A stretch of DNA of 33,650 bases from Bigelowiella natans CCMP2755. Taxonomy: Eukaryota > Protista > Cercozoa. The translations under genes and the position numbers were made by a program. This document shows positions 1 through 16,236 of this stretch, piece by piece. Where the stretch lies: contig ADNK01000963.1 of assembly GCA_000320545.1 (NCBI GenBank), forward strand, positions 1 through 33,650. The letters are read 5' to 3'. Within the stretch, counting starts at the first letter, position 1. Each line of letters starts with the position of its first letter. Under the pieces are notes generated by a model, which did not search any database, was not told the origin of the DNA, and saw only the letters and a program-made list of their open reading frames with translations.

Positions 1-656
1 CAATACGAACACATCGCATTCTCACCCCTTTTCGTCAATGATAGAGCTCTCAGGGATGATATTTATGAGATGAGAGTCGAGTTTGGAGGGGCGGGTGGCA
101 CTAGCATGACGCCGTGTTCGGTCTACTTTTGTGTGTGTGTGTGCTGTTATTGTATACATAACGCTGGTTCATAGGAAGCCTGACATGGCCATATGGGAAC
201 CCGATACGAGGTGCTTGCCTTGTAGTGAAATCAGAAGATAATAATAATGATGATGATGATGATGATAATGAAGGAGAAGAAGAAGAAGATGATGATGATG
301 TAAGATGCTTTATTTGATGATGAAGATGCTTCATAGTGGTTCATATAACGGCCTGCACTGTACGTTCGTATTCTGTGGGCAATGGGGTGTGGAGAGAGAG
401 AGGGAAAGAAAGGGAGAGAGGAATGTTGCAACCTAATCTTTGAGTTATTATTATTACTATTCAGCGTCGAGAGGAAGATCGAATGGATCCACACGATTCC
501 CTCAAAACATATTGGGTAGTAGTAATCATATTGTTATATTGTTTGTGTAATAGCAAAGTTTATTTCCTCGATGCCTGTGTGTATTTTTTGTCTTCCAATT
601 TGCTTGGTAAAGAATATTTGCCGTTGGCTTGGTATCATATGGTAGTAGCAAAGAGT

Positions 657-734
<78 letters not shown>

Positions 735-783
735 TATATATACATATTGTGAGAATCAATATGTGTGCACCTGTCGAATAGTG

Positions 784-820
<37 letters not shown>

Positions 821-1414
821 TGCGTGTTTGATACTGATAATGGCAACAAGGTGTATGTGTGTGTGTGTGTGTGTGTGTTTGATACTGATAATGGCGACAA
901 GGTGTATGTCGATTGCTCATCATTCGAGACCAGCCGTTATGGAAGTTCTTGCAAAAAGTCACCTCCATTCCTCACTCTACTTTTCTGCCGCATATTCATT
1001 TTCATGAGCGCTTTTATTATGTATTGCTGCCATTTGGCAAATGCACACTATAACACACACACACACACACACGCACACACGCATCGATGGCATTCGCAAA
1101 CTCCTTCTCATGATTTCGTGCTGAGCGCATCGTCGCATCCTAGAAACCCCCTCTGATCGGAATATTGCCGCCCAACCCCATTTTTAGGGATGACGGAGCA
1201 TTTGGAGGAAAACAATGGCGTCGCGTGTCCAAACAATTGGCAGAGGTATTGATTGCTAGGAGGACCCGTGAGAGTGCTTCGATTCTGCTGCATCAATGCA
1301 TCATGGTGACAGTCGTCCAAACACATGAATATGTGTATTGCAGACAAGGGATGGATGCGGCGTTGGTTGAGGCTATATCTCGCGGATGTGATGCTTGACG
1401 ATATTGCCGTATAA
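1..1414 (+). CDS. 3' part of a spliced gene of unknown function (starts upstream of window)
   Basis: Short coding-like segments bounded by AG/GT sites lie between microsatellite-filled introns. The last exons join in frame: ...GKVYFLDACVYFLSSNLLGKEYLPLAWYHM|PLWKFLQKVTSIPHSTFLPHIHFHERFYY|KPPLIGILPPNPIFRDDGAFGGKQWRRVSKQLAE|TRGWMRRWLRLYLADVMLDDIAV, stop TAA at 1412-1414. Early exon phases are uncertain and no family is recognised. Confidence 0.45.
660..909. repeat. Compound intronic microsatellite (CT)n-(AT)n-(GT)n plus a 35-bp duplication
   Basis: Directly visible. GTGTTTGATACTGATAATGGC(A/G)ACAAGGTGTATGT occurs twice (~824-858 and ~875-909). Confidence 0.9.
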
Positions 1415-1604
1415 TTAGCTTTGACCAGCAGCACCACATTATCGGTATTGCAACAAGGGCACTGCAGCACGCAGCAATGTGTGCATTCGTGTGCGAGACG
1501 GGTGTAACGAATGCATGGTTTAATCTTTTCGAAGGTCATCATAATGTACCTGTAAAGGCGGCGTGGCTACAGCTAATGAGATTGTATTTGTTTCTTTCTG
1601 CGAT

Positions 1605-1731
1605 TATGAGACGGATGTAAGACGGATGTGATCAATCAATTAAATTTGTTCAATGGCCATCCTAATGTAGCTGCAATGAGACGAATGTAATGAATGAATA
1701 AATTAAATAAGCTTTCAATGGCCATCCCAAT
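1605..1731 (+). repeat. Two tandem copies of a dispersed ~65-bp repeat (partial extra copy ~1899-1921)
   Basis: Unit ATGAGACG(G/A)ATGTAA...AATTAAAT...TTCAATGGCCATCC(T/C)AAT. Reverse-complement copies occur at ~7081-7221 and ~30391-30464. Confidence 0.75.
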
Positions 1732-2282
1732 AATTAGCCCATCAAGCTATGCATGCTAATAACTAGATAATGCTAACATGCATGCTAGCGCATGCCACCT
1801 GCACATGTGTCTAGATGTAGTTAGATATAGCTAGATAGCCTGCTTTATGTGTGACATACACGTACAGACCTAGAGACATATGAAATAATAATCATGTTTC
1901 TTTTCAATGGTCATCCTAATGCAAAACTGTGTAGCTGTCACGTTACATGTGTACGTCGCTACTACCTACACGTACACGTGTGATGCATTACGCTAGCAGC
2001 TCAATGCTGTGTGTTGTCAACTTTACTTGCAATGAAGTTATCAATGATCACGCGTGAGCCTGACATGTTATAAATATGCGCGCTACATGCTCGTCATTGC
2101 ACTACAACTTTGTGATGATGCCAGTTTTGTATTAGCGCAAGAACATACTTGAATTCTTCAACACTACTTGAATACACTTGACTTAGACATCACATGAGAT
2201 ACTCTAAGCTCCCACACATAGATCGATCATCATTGAAAAGTTTTACTCCAAATCTTAGGATATTCTGCTGCTCCTCCCACGC

Positions 2283-3773
2283 TTAATATCTGTAGTTTTC
2301 AGGCTTGTATGGGCCTTCAACAGGAATGTGGAGGTAGTCCGACTGAGACTTGGTGAGCTTTGTAAGCTTGGCTCCGAGCTTGTCAAGGTGGAGGCGAGCA
2401 ACCTTCTCGTCGAGGTGCTTAGGGATGAGGTAGACGTCGTTTCCGTACTTGTTACTCTTACGTCCCTCCCACAATTCAAGCTGAGCAAGAACTTGGTTGG
2501 TGAAGGAGCAGGACATGACGAAGGAAGGGTGTCCGGTAGCACATCCGAGGTTCAAGAGGCGACCCTCAGCAAGGATGATGATTCCGTGTTTGTCTGCGAA
2601 CTCGAACCTGTCGGTTCCTTGCTTGATGTTGATGCGCTTGACGTCCTTTGCGGCATAGAGACCCTTCATGTCGATCTCGTTGTCGAAGTGTCCGATGTTA
2701 CCGACGATGCAGTTGTTCTTCATCTTCTTCATGTCCTCCAACATGATGATATCCTTGTTTCCGGTAGTGGTAATGATGAGGTCCACATCGGAGACAACGT
2801 CCTCAAGGCGAACAACCTTGAAGCCTTCCATGCAAGCTTGGAGGGCGCAGATAGGGTCGATCTCAGCGACGAGAACGTTAGCCCCGCATGCCTTCATAGC
2901 CTGTGCGGATCCCTTACCGACGTCACCGTATCCGCAGACGAGTGCGGTTTTCCCTGCAATCATAACGTCAGTAGCACGCATGATTCCATCAGGAAGGGAG
3001 TGCTTGCAGCCGTACAAGTTGTCGAACTTGGATTTGGTTACGGAGTCGTTGACGTTGATAGCTGGGAAGAGGAGGCGCTTTTCCTGCGCCATCTCTTTCA
3101 GACGGTGCACACCGGTGGTGGTCTCTTCGGAGACACCGACAAGACCTCCTGCAATCTTGGTCCACATCTGATCGTCGATATCAAGGGTCTTTTTGAGGAG
3201 GTGAAGAATGCAGTACTCGTCATCGCAGGTTGCGGTGGAAGGATCAGGCTTCTTGCCGGTCTCCTTGAAGGTTTTCTCAGCTGCAACTCCTTCGTGGATG
3301 AGGAGGGTAGCGTCTCCACCATCGTCTACAATAAGATCAGGACCTCCGGTCTTAGTTCCTGGCCACATAAGTGCCTGGTAGGTGCAAGCCCAGTACTCTG
3401 GAATGGTCTCGCCCTTCCATGCGAAAACAGTTGCGGTCTTTGCCTCAGCAATGGCAGCGGCAGCGTGGTCTTGAGTTGAGAAAATGTTGCAAGATGCCCA
3501 CCTCACCTTAGCTCCAAGAGCTTCGAGTGCTTCAATGAGACAAGCAGTTTGAATGGTCATGTGGAGGGATCCAGTGATGTTTGCGCCTGCGAGGGGCTTC
3601 TTACCCTTGCACTCAGCGCGGATGCCCATGAGACCAGGCATCTCAATCTCAGCAATGTCCAATTCCTTTCGGCCGAAGGATGCTTCCTTCATGTCCTTCA
3701 CCCATGATTCCTTCTTAATCTCGAGGTTGTCGAGGGGAGAGAGGTCCATTTTTCCTGCGTCATAGCCAGCCAT
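2283..3773 (-). CDS. AHCY: S-adenosyl-L-homocysteine hydrolase (adenosylhomocysteinase), intronless
   Basis: 496-aa ORF with [81 protein letters not shown] and C-terminal [10 protein letters not shown]. It carries the ~40-aa insertion typical of plant/protist/bacterial SAHH. Confidence 0.98.
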   Translation of the reverse strand: MAGYDAGKMDLSPLDNLEIKKESWVKDMKEASFGRKELDIAEIEMPGLMGIRAECKGKKPLAGANITGSLHMTIQTACLIEALEALGAKVRWASCNIFSTQDHAAAAIAEAKTATVFAWKGETIPEYWACTYQALMWPGTKTGGPDLIVDDGGDATLLIHEGVAAEKTFKETGKKPDPSTATCDDEYCILHLLKKTLDIDDQMWTKIAGGLVGVSEETTTGVHRLKEMAQEKRLLFPAINVNDSVTKSKFDNLYGCKHSLPDGIMRATDVMIAGKTALVCGYGDVGKGSAQAMKACGANVLVAEIDPICALQACMEGFKVVRLEDVVSDVDLIITTTGNKDIIMLEDMKKMKNNCIVGNIGHFDNEIDMKGLYAAKDVKRINIKQGTDRFEFADKHGIIILAEGRLLNLGCATGHPSFVMSCSFTNQVLAQLELWEGRKSNKYGNDVYLIPKHLDEKVARLHLDKLGAKLTKLTKSQSDYLHIPVEGPYKPENYRY

Positions 3774-4470
3774 GATTGATATGTGTGGGGGGTGTTTGAG
3801 ATATGTGTTACGGTTGCCACTGGCTAGGATTCATCGAAGGGAGGAAAAAGTACCTTTTGCCATTATTTAATTGTCGCTGATGAAAATACAAATGCAATAT
3901 TCCATCTCCGCTTCGCGATGCACCGAACTTTGTCTGAATTTCTGGTACTTACGCATCAAACTACGTACACGCACCGTGGCTACACGTGTCTTCCAGATTG
4001 GGAAACATGCCATACATTGCGACATCCTTGTACTCCTAAAATGAGGAAGAACGACCTATATTTTTGCATTTTGAGATAATACGCCGGGATTCGCAACGGA
4101 AAGGCTCCGTGCGAAGAAAGATCTTGCGGAGATTTTACGGAAGCACGGAGGTTCGCTTGGAACTCCGGAGAATCTCTAGTAAAATGAGCACCGGATGGCC
4201 CATTTTCTTCCTTCGAAACGTGTGACTTTGTCATTTTTTCAGGCCTTCGACAAGGCCAGAAAGTAGCCGACTATCGCGAATTAGTGAAGGCTAGCTGTTA
4301 AAACTGATGTCGTTTATGAATAATCATGCTTATTTCGATATTTATGGGAAATCCTGAAGAAGTCTAAGCCGTAGTAGAAGAGTCTCAGGCTCCTTGAAGC
4401 GTACGTGCCGGAACCCTGTTTCGCCATCCCCACAATTCACTCTGCATCCCGGGACGTCGATTATACAATC
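3774..4470. promoter_or_regulatory. Divergent (probably bidirectional) promoter region SAHH/RIB3
   Basis: Head-to-head start codons 697 bp apart, with repeated GGA/GGAG motifs at ~4087-4170. Confidence 0.5.
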
Positions 4471-6029
4471 ATGTGCGCCGATCGTACGCCTGAAAGACTG
4501 GCCCTATTGGACGCGACAGGTTGTGAAAATGTCTCAGCTCCTCGATTCTTGCAATATCTCTAACCCTCCCCTACCCACCTACTTACCCACCTACCTACCT
4601 ACCTGCAGCTTCGGACAACCTGGATGCAGCTGCAAAGCACTTTCGGAATGCCAGCTTTGAGACTGTGATGGAGGGACTTCAATGTGCCATCAAGGTAAGT
4701 AGATGAAACTGCAATGCTGCGTAACGCTAAGAGATGATACCCCACCATCAGTCGAAGAGTTCGAAATGCATGAGGCATCTATTGGAACACGGGATTAAAA
4801 CTCTGAAGGTAGTGACGGCGCAGTCTAGCTATCGTCTGATTTCCTAATAATTCGTATGTATGAATTTATATCAGGCGGAATCGTCTTCGAAGAAATCTGA
4901 GGAAACCTTGAGGGCCTTCATTGACACAGTCACGTCCGCCGTGTGCACAACCCCCAAGGAGAACACCAAGGAAGAAGAATCGGAGAAGAAGGAGGACGCC
5001 AAAGTCGACCCAATAGCAAATGTAGAAGGAGCTCTTCAGGATATTAAGGACGGAAAGTTCGTCGTTGTCCAAGACGCTGCAAGCAGGTATAGATTTAGCG
5101 AGTCTGACGTCTCGTTCCCACATTTGATGGTGCCCCATATGTTGTTGTTTACAGAGAAAACGAAGGCGATCTGATTATTGCATCGGAGAAGGTGGGCAAC
5201 CACCCTTCTCGTTAACCAGTTGATCTCACAAATATGCTAATTTTACTTCAGGTGACACCGGAAAAGATGGCATTCATGGTGAATTACACCAGCGGTAGGA
5301 CAACCTCCATGAAGTTATTGCCACACAGTTAGAAGCTCAGAAAATCCGATGGTTCGATGATTAGGGATCATATGCGTTGGTGTGGAAGATGAAAGATGCG
5401 GCGAGTTAGAGTTACCACAGGTTGTCTGTTCTACACATCTCCTCCTCCTTTTCCTCCCTTCATTCTTTCTCTGCGAGAGGGGTTCGAGTTGCTGTACCGC
5501 ATGTGTTGAAAATACGATGCTTCAATCAGATGGTAACGAAGAACACTGAGTCTCACGGCACAGCTTTTACCGTCTCCATTGATTATAAGGTAAGCATGAT
5601 TATAAGGCTAGAAGTCGGGGGATAGATGTCGGGGTAGTTTCGCGACATCACAATGTCTAATGTGTAACACTTTCTTTTTTACTCTTGTCCATCGCGTGTG
5701 GGTATTTATCAGCACGGAACGACTACGGGAATATCAGCCGAAGATCGCGCAAAGACAATACTTGCAATGGTGAGTAAGAAGACAAAACCAGCGGATTTCG
5801 CGCGTCCAGGACACATCTTTCCGCTCCGCGCGAGGAAAGGGTATGTTAGCGATGATGACGTATTGTGAATTGGCACAGTTGTTGAGGCTTCAAACAGCTG
5901 AAAAATACGTGTAAATTGCTGCTTCCAGGGGGGTCTTGACCAGGCCCGGACACACTGAAACATCCGTCGATCTACCGGTGATTGCTGGCTAGCAGATCAA
6001 AAGAGCTCACATCCACCATCACTGCCATT

Positions 6030-6060
<31 letters not shown>

Positions 6061-6459
6061 CCTCTAGATACTCCAAGCCACCCTACATGGCAGGCTGAGT
6101 AATAAATTTTGCGAAAATGTTCTTATGTTGCCCCCCCCTCCTCCCTCTCCTTAAAATCCAGAAAATGGCAGGATTGTATCCTTCGGGTGTGATGAGCGAA
6201 ATAGGTCCGTAGCAGCTAGAATCCTAACGACAAGTGCGAATGCAAATTTATACGATTTTTTTTTGCAAATGGCAGTGAATCGGGATGGAACCATGGCTAG
6301 AACCCCTGAGCTTCGAAAGTTTGCGGCAACGTAAGTTCATACTGGGAATCTAGGTTTCCCCTTGCGTCCAGCATATTTATAAACATTTGTTTCAGGTTTG
6401 GCCTCCGAATGGTGACAATAGAGGAGATCATTGAGTACAGAAAGGCAAAGAACATCTGA
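4471..6459 (+). CDS. RIB3: 3,4-dihydroxy-2-butanone 4-phosphate synthase (stand-alone RibB/RIB3 type), ~12 exons
   Basis: Phase-consistent manual splicing gives [10 protein letters not shown]...[43 protein letters not shown]...[28 protein letters not shown]...[31 protein letters not shown]...[15 protein letters not shown]...[14 protein letters not shown], stop TGA at 6457-6459. The first two exons (4471-4519, 4609-4694) are less certain. Confidence 0.9.
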
Positions 6460-6881
6460 GCTTAGCAGGATTCGATCTCCTTAACAGATGCATATAACCC
6501 TCTTAAAAATGTTTGTAGACTATGTAAAGCATAAACTTGCTACGAAATCTGATCATGCAGATAGGCCTACTAAATTACATGACTCGAGAGCTTGCTATGC
6601 GTACCATGCAGGACATTAAAAGAATGAGCTGTTTACCTGAACTCTGAATGTCGTGATTGATGAGGATAAATGCTGTTCTTTCGAATATCCGATAATTGCG
6701 TAAAGGAACGTCCGCCTGAAAATAAGAAGCCAAGTAGTAGCAACACATGTAAGAAGCAGAATCGTAGGATGCAACGATATTGATGCATGCGTTGTTGTGG
6801 AACCGAATATGCGAAACGTGCGAAAGTAAACGTCGGTGTGCGCTACGAGTAATTGTCCTACGATGTAGCTATAGCTAGATA

Positions 6882-6921
<40 letters not shown>

Positions 6922-7080
6922 TATATAGGCGAAACTGCGCGTCTCACACCCGCAGAAAAAACAAGTCGAGCTGCTGCGCGAGAAGCGCGCCATGCTAGAC
7001 CTAATCATCGTGCATTTTCATGCATGCATCATGTGACCAAGGAAACCAACAGATACAACTGAAGCGCTGTAGCCGCTGCA

Positions 7081-7221
7081 TTGCATAGCTACATTAGGAT
7101 GACCATTGAAAAAATTTAAACATTTCATTACATCCGTCTCATAGATATATAGGCATTAGGATGACTATTGAAAAAGTTAAATTTATTCATTACACCCGTC
7201 TCATAGGTAGCATAGGCATTT
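7081..7221 (-). repeat. Two tandem copies of the dispersed ~65-bp repeat
   Basis: CATTAGGATGAC(C/T)ATTGAAAAA...TTCATTACA(T/C)CCGTCTCATAG occurs twice and is the reverse complement of the unit at 1605-1731. Confidence 0.75.
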
Positions 7222-7585
7222 GGCAATAATGTACTGTGCCATGCATATCGCATAATTTGCAAAAAAGAAAAAGCTAAACACGAATCGAAAGCGTTTTTGC
7301 ATATACGCACACTTATTGTGAAGGAAGCCTAGCTGCATCGGCACTGACAAATCCGAAGACATCGATACGCATTGTTAGCAGACAACAAGACAGGTTAGCA
7401 GGGCCGGGTGCCGACATTGTGCGCAGGTGCTGGCGCGTCCGCATACACGCCAAAGCGCGATGCATTTCAGAGATCTAGAGATAGATACGCATAGTCAGAA
7501 TTGCAATGTTATTTTGCTATATGTACTGCTAATGGCATGTAATATTCAGAATTCGCCCATAGTCTGATTTAGCGATATAAGACTG

Positions 7586-11433
<3,848 letters not shown>

Positions 11434-11884
11434 TTGCGAGCACCGCCCCTGGGGTAGCAGGACAAATTAGATCAGCGGAAACGAATTTCGAAGAGGCAGG
11501 TTCTCCGTGGGCAGCCCCCGGGGGCTCATTAGCCGTGCATCTAGCGTAGAGTGTTCCGCTGCCGGCGGCGGTGTTGGGAGGTCGATGACGATCGCCATTC
11601 ACTGTGATGGCTTCTTTATCGTATTCAATTTCGCCTAAAAAACGCCCGCGCGAACTTCTGCGAGATTGTTGTTCCTGTTGTGAGGGAGAACCCAGAACGA
11701 GGCCCGAGTATTTCTGACATTGGCCCATTGACGCCCGTTGTGTTCGGTCGGGTAGGGTAAAGGTATGTGATTTTGATGAGCGTCAAGCATTTATGGCCCA
11801 GAATAAGAGGAAATAGGCCCGTATGACGCCGATGATGACAGAGCCAGGAAACACACGTCTTCCACCCCCCTCCTGCTGTGTGCA

Positions 11885-13366
11885 ATGGCCCTTTCTGCGC
11901 TACACCTCGCTGCTGTCCCGCTCTTGGGACTTCTTCTGGGATATGCATTCGCTCCGAATACAGGACCCAGGTCACACCAACCTTATCCTTATTTTAAATG
12001 ATGATGGGGTGCTAAATTTGGCTGGGCGTCATCACTTCCCAGATCCCCAGAGGAACGAGAGAAACTCACGCTCCTCAGAGCTCCCTTCACAGTATTCGGC
12101 CACTTCTCTGTTGTTTTCATCGATGCGGCGAAGGTTGAATCAGTGTTCCTCCCCCCCCCTCCCTCGTGTTTTCCCTTTGACTGATCTTGTGTAAATGTTC
12201 GGCATCAGTACTACTTCTTCAAGACGCTCTACAGCCCGCTCGCTATGCTGGTGGCGGTGCCTACCATTGTGGTATATTTTTCCACACTCTTTGAGGGTAA
12301 TTCATTCCTTTTTGTCCGATGCGGATGGCCCTTCGTATTTAGCGACTTGGCGCTGCTTTTTGCTACCTTGCACAGGACCGCACCTGGCTTACGTTACTAC
12401 GCCAGCATTCTACATAGAATTCGTCGCCTGGTGGGTCGGGTAAGTATATCTGAGAAAATTCAAATCATTATTTGCGCACGCTGGATGATTCGATATCTCA
12501 CTCTAATGACGAAGGCTCGGGGTCCTCTCTTCCATTGGTCTCGGAACCGGCATGCACAGTGGTTTTCTGTTCACGTTTCCCCACGTGATCGAGGTCACCA
12601 TGGCGGCCCAAGCGTGTGGACATGTTAACTTCGAGAGTTTCAGGTGCTGCTACCTACCCTTGTTGGCTCCTTTTAGACCATATGATGTGTTCGGTGGCGC
12701 GAGTGACGAGATGACACCCGCTGTTTTTACATGAAATCAGCAACATGTGGTGGATCAAAACCGACGAGCAGTTCGTCTGCAATGGCGCCGTTGATGCTAG
12801 AAAGGAAGGACTGACCTTTCTCGCTATTGTCACAAAAGCTATGCTTCCTGCTATTCTTTGGGGATGTGGCACAGCAGTTGGAGAAATCCCACCATACGCC
12901 CTCAGCTTGTAATATCTCCTATCGCCACTAGAAACTACTGCAGATTCTTTGAGAGAGAACGTCGAATTTCACATATATCTCGCAATGAAACCGAATGGAA
13001 AATAATGGAAGTGAAGGGGCACTATATGCTTTTGTGTCACTGAACATCTTCTACTTCGTTTCTTTTGTGAATTTGAATGCTCAGAGCGGCCAGGAACGCA
13101 CGAATCGCAAACAGCCAATTCGACGAAATAGAAGTAGGAAGACTAGGACTCCGATGCGTGCAAACAGCCACAATTTTTCTTATCATCAATTATTATTTTA
13201 TGGTGAATTGATTACCGCTGCACGTCGTAACTAATGGCAACATTTCGGGATTAAACTACAGGAAGAGATAAGAGGGGCAGAGAATAGCGGCAACTTCCTT
13301 ATGAAGATAAAGGTGGATTCTGAGCTGGCATGGCGATAAATGCAGCTCGCACAAATGAAAGAATGT

Positions 13367-13398
<32 letters not shown>

Positions 13399-13682
13399 TT
13401 ATAAATATGTATATGTTATTGTCTTCTCCTTACACCATTCCACTGTGTTCAGGCAAAGCTGGAGAGCTGGATGGTAGGATTTCTTCAGAAAAACGGATTC
13501 CTTGGGTGTGACATAAAAATATAAATATACAATCCAGATCGCATGATCCTTCAACAAGCATCATCTTACTATTCTTTCACTGTTTGTAAACCCATGCACC
13601 GACAGCGTCTTGCTCATGGCATCGTGGCCCAATGCTTTCTTCGATCTCTGCGGTAGTAGTTAGTGTCACAATACACCGCTGC

Positions 13683-13714
<32 letters not shown>

Positions 13715-14572
13715 CCCACCGACAAATAGATTGGGGTGTGGAGAATTGGGGTTTGGAGGGAAGCACACTTGCTTTCATGGCTCATCATTCCTGTCCTTTG
13801 ATCAAATGGTGAAGGTATATGTTGCGGCCACTTTGGCATGTCGTTTTGGAAATTCTTCGGAGCGACACTAATCGGCAAGGTTTGCACGAGAGCTTTGATG
13901 TTCTCGTTGATAGCAATCAATCCCGTTGATTGGGTATCATCCAAATCAGTTGTAAATTATTGAGGGCACATTGTTTGCTTAGGGTTTCATCAAAGTCCCG
14001 ATGCAAGTTCTTGTCATCGTAACAGTTTTCAGCGATAGCTATTTGCAGGCAAGTGCCGTAAAAGAGCTTTCTTATTGATGGGACACTCCATCAAAAATAC
14101 ACAAAAGCAGAACTAACACATACTCATTCCACAGCCTTGAAAGCAGAAGCATGCACACAAAACTAATTTTTCTTGTGAAACTATCCCAAGGTGATGCTGA
14201 ACGTTGTTCGAAGTGTCACACCTGCAAAGCTGGAAGTGGCGGAGAAATTAAGTGAAGCTCTCGAAAAGTCATACTCGCCGTACTTCGCAATGTGGACCTT
14301 ATCTTACCGGCAGAAATGTTTGTGCAACGCTAGGTACAAGGCCAAATTTCGAAACAAATCGGTGGCTCAAGCCCAAGGAGTAAATATTTTCAAGGTTTAA
14401 AGAGTCACATTCCACATCTGTCGTATATTTGACGAATTCTTCCTGTTTACAGCGCGCGTGGCAGATATTCCTGGTGGGCGCTATCGGATTTTTCATCAAA
14501 TCGTGCATCGAACAGTGTGCCCAGCAACGCGCGGCAGTGCTTGCAAAGAAACAAAAAGAAAAGACAAAATGA
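11885..14572 (+). CDS. VMP1: Vacuole membrane protein 1 (VMP1/KMS1, DedA/VTT-domain ER scramblase), ~15 exons
   Basis: Spliced product contains [98 protein letters not shown] and FFIKSCIEQCAQ. ATG at 11885, TGA at 14570-14572. Confidence 0.92.
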
Positions 14573-15110
14573 GGCAGACTTAATCTTAACAATGCTTGGT
14601 CAATGATACGATACGACACTGGCCAGTGCTAGTAGTCAGCTGTGAGTTGCACTTGTTTTCGCCTCGTCGCTAGTTCGACACATCATATGTTCGGCGAGTG
14701 CGCACTTAAATATGTTATTAGGCGCGAGCAACTACTATCGCAAGCAGTTGGCTGACGCTCGGCAAGCTGCTTAAGCAACACGCTCTCTTTGATGCCTCCG
14801 TGCAGGCCACTGCATGCGTACCACATGCATGCCATGAGCATATAAGCATGCTTTCCATTGCTGTTCCACAGTTACTGACTACTACTTTGGTGCATATACA
14901 TCTGTGGCGTAGTTGATCGAATGAGCAATTCGCATGTTTGCTCTACGAGCATATAAGCACAAGCGTGAGCCTGGAGGCATTGCCTTGCCTCGAGAATGTT
15001 GCATGGATGAGTATGATGCTGTATGATATATCCGATGTTAATCTTCATATTGCTATGCATTCTTTCTGTAGAATTATCAGTGTTCAGTAGATCGAATCAA
15101 CAGCGTAGCT

Positions 15111-16196
15111 TTATGGTTCCCAAGAGAGCTTGTCCTGAATTATACGAAATAAGTATCTTGCGCACTCTGATGAAAGTCGAAGTTAAGGTACCAAGCAGGA
15201 CTGCGCGCTGGCAGCAACGATCGGGTCTTTGCTCTTTATCAGTCCTTCTATCATCTTAACGTTGGCTTCAACAGCTGTATATGAGAAAGATAGATTTGCT
15301 TGAATATTCAGAATTAAGAAAAAGTTTCAAAGTTTGATCCCACACAGCGCATCCATCCGGTCTCACATTTTCAGCATGCCTGCAAAAGCGACGACATTTT
15401 TACGGTGTCGCACCTTTTGTCTCATGCCGAATATTCTCATGTGAGAAGAGATTCGTAAGGCACTGCAGGGCGTAGTTCTTTATTGCATCTTCGTCAGCAA
15501 GCTTCACCAAAAGCACAGGGACAGTTTTGGCCTCGATCATTACCTTCGAACACAGAATGACAAAACACATTTTCTTAGTGATAGAATCCACAGCATAATT
15601 GACGTTGATTCACTATAGTCTAGTGGCCTACCAACTTTCCCGCCTTGAGTATGGAGATTTGCATTAAAGCTGCTGTCGCATACATCCGGACTTGTTTTAA
15701 ATTATCCTCGAGTTGCCTTAGGGTATGCATTCCATAAGCGCGCTAGAGATCCCTCCCCCCCCCCCCCCCCCACAACAATTACTTTTACCACTCGTAGATA
15801 AGTTAAGGGATAAAACTCGTATTCGTCTACAAATTGAGTAATTATTGAACAAAAATATATAAGCTTCACAACTTTGTAAGTTTGGGAACAGCGCCGCTCT
15901 TTATACAGGAATCTTTTCCAAGGTCAGAAACACACGCGTACTGCAGCGCCTCGCACGAAAGCATTCTTACCTGCCAAAAAAAATCATCTTACTTTTTTGC
16001 TAATGACAAGACTCTTGGACAGTGATAAGTAGTGACGATTTCTGTCCCTATCGTCTGCTATTACCCTTTCTCATATTATTATTGTGATTCTCAGAATGTT
16101 GGGACCGACTTGTCTTCATCAGTGTCAGTCGAAAGATGGTGTGACTCCAATCATCATTGAACAATGAGGGGGGTAATCTATGTTTTTGTTCGTCTG

Positions 16197-16236
<40 letters not shown>

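Noticed and set aside
483-1156. ORFs rich in CVCV/THTH/YIYI/LSLS (also at 10638-10986, 28088-28595, 30756-31001, 33047-33428)
   Set aside because: These are translations of (GT)n, (AT)n and (CT)n microsatellites, mostly intronic, and not proteins.
1605-1731. CRISPR-like repeat-spacer array
   Set aside because: Only two or three degenerate units with similar intervening sequence, in a eukaryotic context with no cas genes.
2328-3479. 383-aa antisense ORF over SAHH
   Set aside because: Shadow ORF expected from strong codon bias on the opposite strand; no recognisable motifs.
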